Positions 60,753 to 64,000 of a stretch of DNA of 64,000 nt are shown in pieces. The translations under genes were made by a program, and so were the position numbers. The notes under the pieces were generated by a model that saw nothing but the letters and a program-made list of their open reading frames with translations, did not search any database and was not told the DNA's origin. The stretch lies in the sequence record DRR723986_1372; one strand, written 5' to 3'. Numbering within the stretch: position 1 is the first letter of the stretch; each line of letters starts with the position of its first letter.

Positions 60753-61766
60753 TTACAGGTTTCTGAAGACAAACTCCTTGATGGCTTGGGCACAGGGATA
60801 GGGGGTTTCGATCATTGGAAGATGGCCGACACCGTCAAACAGGCACATTTCTGCGCGCTTGATCAGGCGTTCGAATTCGTATGCACAACTAATGTGTAGC
60901 ACATCGTCTTGCTTGCCCCACATCACCAGCGTGGGCGCCGAAATATCTTCAAAAGTGGCTTTGGTGTAGTCGGGGCGGCGGCTGAGCATCTCCTGAAAGA
61001 GAAAGCCGTTTACATCGCGGCGATGGATGAGTTCAGTGGCTGAGAAAAAAGCCGCTGATGCTGCCAAGGCCCGGTTGTGAAATACAAGGTCAGTCAATTT
61101 GATGACATCCATGGGGGCACGTGGAACCAGCCGGTTTTTTCCGCGAAGTACCTCACGAATGAAGTCGGTCTCCTCGGTGCCGGGCAGGCCCAATGCATCC
61201 ATCAATACCAGGCTGGTGACCATTTCAGGAAAGCGGGCGGCCAACAGGCCTGCCAAGGCACCCCCCATGGAGTTACCCACCACGTTCACCTTGTGAACAC
61301 CAATTTCAGTGAGCCAGTCGTGAAGGCGTTCGGTTTGATCCTCAAGGCCGTAGTGGCGATCCGGGTTGAAGCCACTTTCACCCCAACCTGGAAGGTCCGG
61401 AATCAAAATACGAAATTGACCCGCAAAAAAAGGCAGCAGCGGCAGCCAGTGTTCTTTGGCGGCTGCGAAGCCATGCATCAACAACAGGGCAGGGCTACTT
61501 TCACTGCCGATTTCGAGCCACACCAATTTGTCTTTGCCCACGCCGATACGCTTTCGGTGCACTCCAACCAAGCCCCCGTACCACGGGTTTAAGCGGGTGA
61601 AACTAAACAATTTGGGGCGCCAATCCCGCAGTTTTTCGGGGTTAATCTCAGGGGCATGGCGCAAGAATGCTTCACCCACATGGTCGAAATACTGATCGAC
61701 CAGTTTTGCGCCTTCGCTAATTGGAGTGACTTCTTTGCCTTTGGACTTGCGGACAGGTTTGGCCAA
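60753..61766 (-). CDS. Alpha/beta hydrolase (lipase-like)
   Basis: HGF, PDLPGWG, GNSMGG, WGKQD, GHLPMIE. Confidence 0.88.
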   Translation of the reverse strand: MAKPVRKSKGKEVTPISEGAKLVDQYFDHVGEAFLRHAPEINPEKLRDWRPKLFSFTRLNPWYGGLVGVHRKRIGVGKDKLVWLEIGSESSPALLLMHGFAAAKEHWLPLLPFFAGQFRILIPDLPGWGESGFNPDRHYGLEDQTERLHDWLTEIGVHKVNVVGNSMGGALAGLLAARFPEMVTSLVLMDALGLPGTEETDFIREVLRGKNRLVPRAPMDVIKLTDLVFHNRALAASAAFFSATELIHRRDVNGFLFQEMLSRRPDYTKATFEDISAPTLVMWGKQDDVLHISCAYEFERLIKRAEMCLFDGVGHLPMIETPYPCAQAIKEFVFRNL

Positions 61767-61950
61767 GATGGACCTTCTATTTTTAGTATTGATACATGAT
61801 TAGCAAAGCATACTTCGAATAATTACAAAGATATTTCTACAACACAAAACCGGATAATCTTTGTATCGGTATTTTTTGCATCATTCGGGGCTCGGCTTAC
61901 ACTGTCCTTGCAAGCCAACCCCATATTTTTGAGTGTTCCCTCAGATTGTG

Positions 61951-62070
61951 TCAGGTGGGCGACACAGTGGAATCTATTGCGGTGCGGAATTCCTCCGGTA
62001 TCAGCAATTCATAGGTGGCCCCAGTGCCTGGCAAGTTGGGCAGGCCGGGCAAGGCTGGCAGGTTGCACGC
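61951..62070 (-). pseudogene. Possible 3' remnant of a deleted minus-strand gene
   Basis: Frame reads ..CNLPALPGLPNLPGTGATYELLIPEEFRTAIDSTVSPT*; followed by a minus-strand hairpin 61887-61922. Confidence 0.4.
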
Positions 62071-63159
62071 GCTTTTTGGGAATGGACTCCCTCGCGCCCT
62101 GTGAAAGCCGATGGCAGCGGTGAATTCATTTTTTACCCAGACATCGAATACCCCGTGCCCGTCGATCCTTTGTTGGTGTACCGCAGTTTGAACTTTGGCC
62201 CACTGGCCAGCATTCGAGCGCTGGATACGCAAAGTTATCTGCCCGGCTATGGTTTGCAAGCCGATGCATCGCATTTGCCGGAAGGTTCACTGAGCCTCTT
62301 CGGCAAAACACAGTTCGATTGGCTACTTTCACAACTTCGCAAAGATGAAGCGGAAGGTGTGGTGTGGAAGGTGCTGAACAACCAAACCTGGATTGCGCCG
62401 TGGGTCGTGCCCAATGTAGTGGGCTCACCGGTTGTGCCGTTGCCTGTGCGCTGGAACGACTACAACACCGAGCGCAATTTGTTGATTTCGCAATTGCGCG
62501 GCACAGCCGATGTGCCTTTCGTAAATGGCACTGTGTTTGTCTCGGGCGACATGCACGGTAACTGGATTGCTGATGTTGTGGAAGATGATCAAACGGGATT
62601 GCTGAATCAATATCAAGTGGCACCACCTGTGCCCACCTTGCGCCAAGGCACGACACCAGAAAATCTTGCAGCCGGTTTTCAGCGGGCAGCCACTGCCAAT
62701 TTGCCCGGTGTGAATTTGCGCGCGGCTTCAGCCGCTGTTGAATTTGCACCTTCGTCCATGGGGCGGGGTGGGGCCGATGAACTTGTAGCCAATGCTTTAC
62801 CCGGGAGCCCATTTGCCGTGCATGTTGCAGCCAGCAGGGCGATCGAGGCCGCCACCATGCTGGGCAACAAGCACGTGCAGTTCATGGAATGGGTTGAACA
62901 CGGTTACGGCATTGTGCAACTGGAGCAAGACAAAGCCATATTTGAATGCTGGTGGCAAAACAAATTGCAGGAAAATGCACCTGATGTGTTGGGTGTACAA
63001 ATGGTGAGTTTTGCAAATGATGAGCCCACACGTTTGCCCACGCCGCGATTCAAAAACCAGGTTGATTCGGTCATCCTGCACGGCATGTCTGTTCAACCCA
63101 GCAGCAGCTCTCGGGCAGCGCCTTTGGCACCCATACCCGCCCAGGTATTAGCGCGTTAG
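62062..63159 (+). pseudogene. phoD: 5'-truncated alkaline phosphatase D (PhoD) family gene
   Basis: RAFWEWTP, YRSLNFG, LDT..Y, G..QFDWL, W..Y..ER, VSGDMH, VEF; lacks signal peptide and the N-terminal GD/DDHE regions. Confidence 0.65.
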
Positions 63160-63215
63160 TTGGCAAATTAGTTGACGACTTGGTTGGCGAATGAGTTGGC
63201 CAATTAGTTGATCAA
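63156..63215. repeat. Five degenerate 12-bp tandem repeats
   Basis: TTAGTTGGCAAA/TTAGTTGACGAC/TTGGTTGGCGAA/TGAGTTGGCCAA/TTAGTTGATCAA. Confidence 0.75.
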
Positions 63216-64000
63216 CAGCTGTATCAAATTCATCACCAGCAAAATTGCCGCCAGCACTTGCCACAGCAACACCGGGTTTTTTTCAATCAGGGGTTGCTTG
63301 GCCACACTGGCTTCCAGCATGGTGTTAGGCACGGTCAGGTCTTGCAAAAATTCACTGAGCGCATCGTAGCGATACCGTGGGTTGGGTTGAAGCGCTTTGC
63401 GCAAGCAGGCCTCTACCCACAGCGGCAAATCACGGCGCGGGTGGTTGGCTGGAATGTAGCGCAAATCGCTGTAGCTTTTCAGTTCAACCTGCTTCACCGA
63501 CTTTTCCGCAAAGGGCAGGGAACCAGTCAGCATTTCATACACCACCACGGCCAGTGAAAACAAATCTGATTTGAATGTTCCCACTTCACCCATCAGGTAC
63601 TCTGGGGCCACATAATTGACGCTCCCTTGCGGTACCGATTTGTCCAGTGGTGAAATCAGTTCATCGGCACCTGCGATCAGTACGGTGCCGAAGTCGAGAA
63701 TTTTCACGCAGCCGTTCGAGTCGATCATGATGTTCTCGGGTTTGATGTCCTGGTGCACCATGTCGGCACGCTGAAACGCACGCAGCCCGGCCACCACCTG
63801 CTTCACAATGCGTCGCACCGCATCCATGCCGGGTTTGGGGTTGTCATACATCCATTCCCGCAGGTTGATGCCTTCAATGTATTCACCAAGATAATACAAA
63901 AACTGCTTCGGGCGTTTGGGCACATGGGTGCGCATCACATTCACATGTTGCACGCTTTGTCCCACCCATTCTTCGCGAACAAAACCGCTTAGGTACATCG
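63204..64000 (-). CDS. Ser/Thr protein kinase C-terminal part (likely bifunctional PP2C phosphatase/kinase); partial, extends beyond window
   Basis: EEWVG, HQDIKPENI, DFG, YVAPE, SDLFSL, C-terminal TM. Confidence 0.85.
   Translation of the reverse strand, partial: MYLSGFVREEWVGQSVQHVNVMRTHVPKRPKQFLYYLGEYIEGINLREWMYDNPKPGMDAVRRIVKQVVAGLRAFQRADMVHQDIKPENIMIDSNGCVKILDFGTVLIAGADELISPLDKSVPQGSVNYVAPEYLMGEVGTFKSDLFSLAVVVYEMLTGSLPFAEKSVKQVELKSYSDLRYIPANHPRRDLPLWVEACLRKALQPNPRYRYDALSEFLQDLTVPNTMLEASVAKQPLIEKNPVLLWQVLAAILLVMNLIQLLIN

Noticed and set aside
1-64000. CRISPR array, prophage, IS element, rRNA
   Set aside because: No spaced direct repeats, cas, phage structural, transposase or rRNA sequence recognised

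Overview
Chromosomal window from a moderate-GC bacterium. Gene content and style suggest a Limnobacter-like Betaproteobacterium (inference from recall, not searched). About 55 CDS and one tRNA-Arg(ACG) are supported; no CRISPR array, prophage, transposase or integrase was seen. Main blocks, left to right: a Pho-box-preceded choice-of-anchor I lipoprotein; a miniature retention-module/BapA-prefix-like protein; a BVMO/SDR pair; glpK-glpD; an archaic (Csu-type) chaperone-usher pilus operon just after the tRNA; a PhnD-like binding protein paired with an orphan histidine kinase; an exported DUF1223-msrB-msrA operon with an exact GTAACC-N16-CGAA ECF promoter; a ~16 kb GST/TetR/DUF3604/HupE/PPIase/MBL-hydrolase/sulfatase/FGE locus; lipid-catabolic genes; a DUF4331-lipoprotein-TonB receptor-DUF4198 locus; a ParD-like/zeta-like TA pair; a 5'-truncated phoD at an apparent deletion junction; and the 3' end of a Ser/Thr kinase. 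The best candidates for uncharacterised systems are the DUF3604-sulfatase locus and the DUF4331 locus. Also notable are a 22-bp motif shared by the leaders of two surface-structure genes and an unannotated 42-aa Cys-rich ORF. All family assignments come from motif recognition, not database searches.
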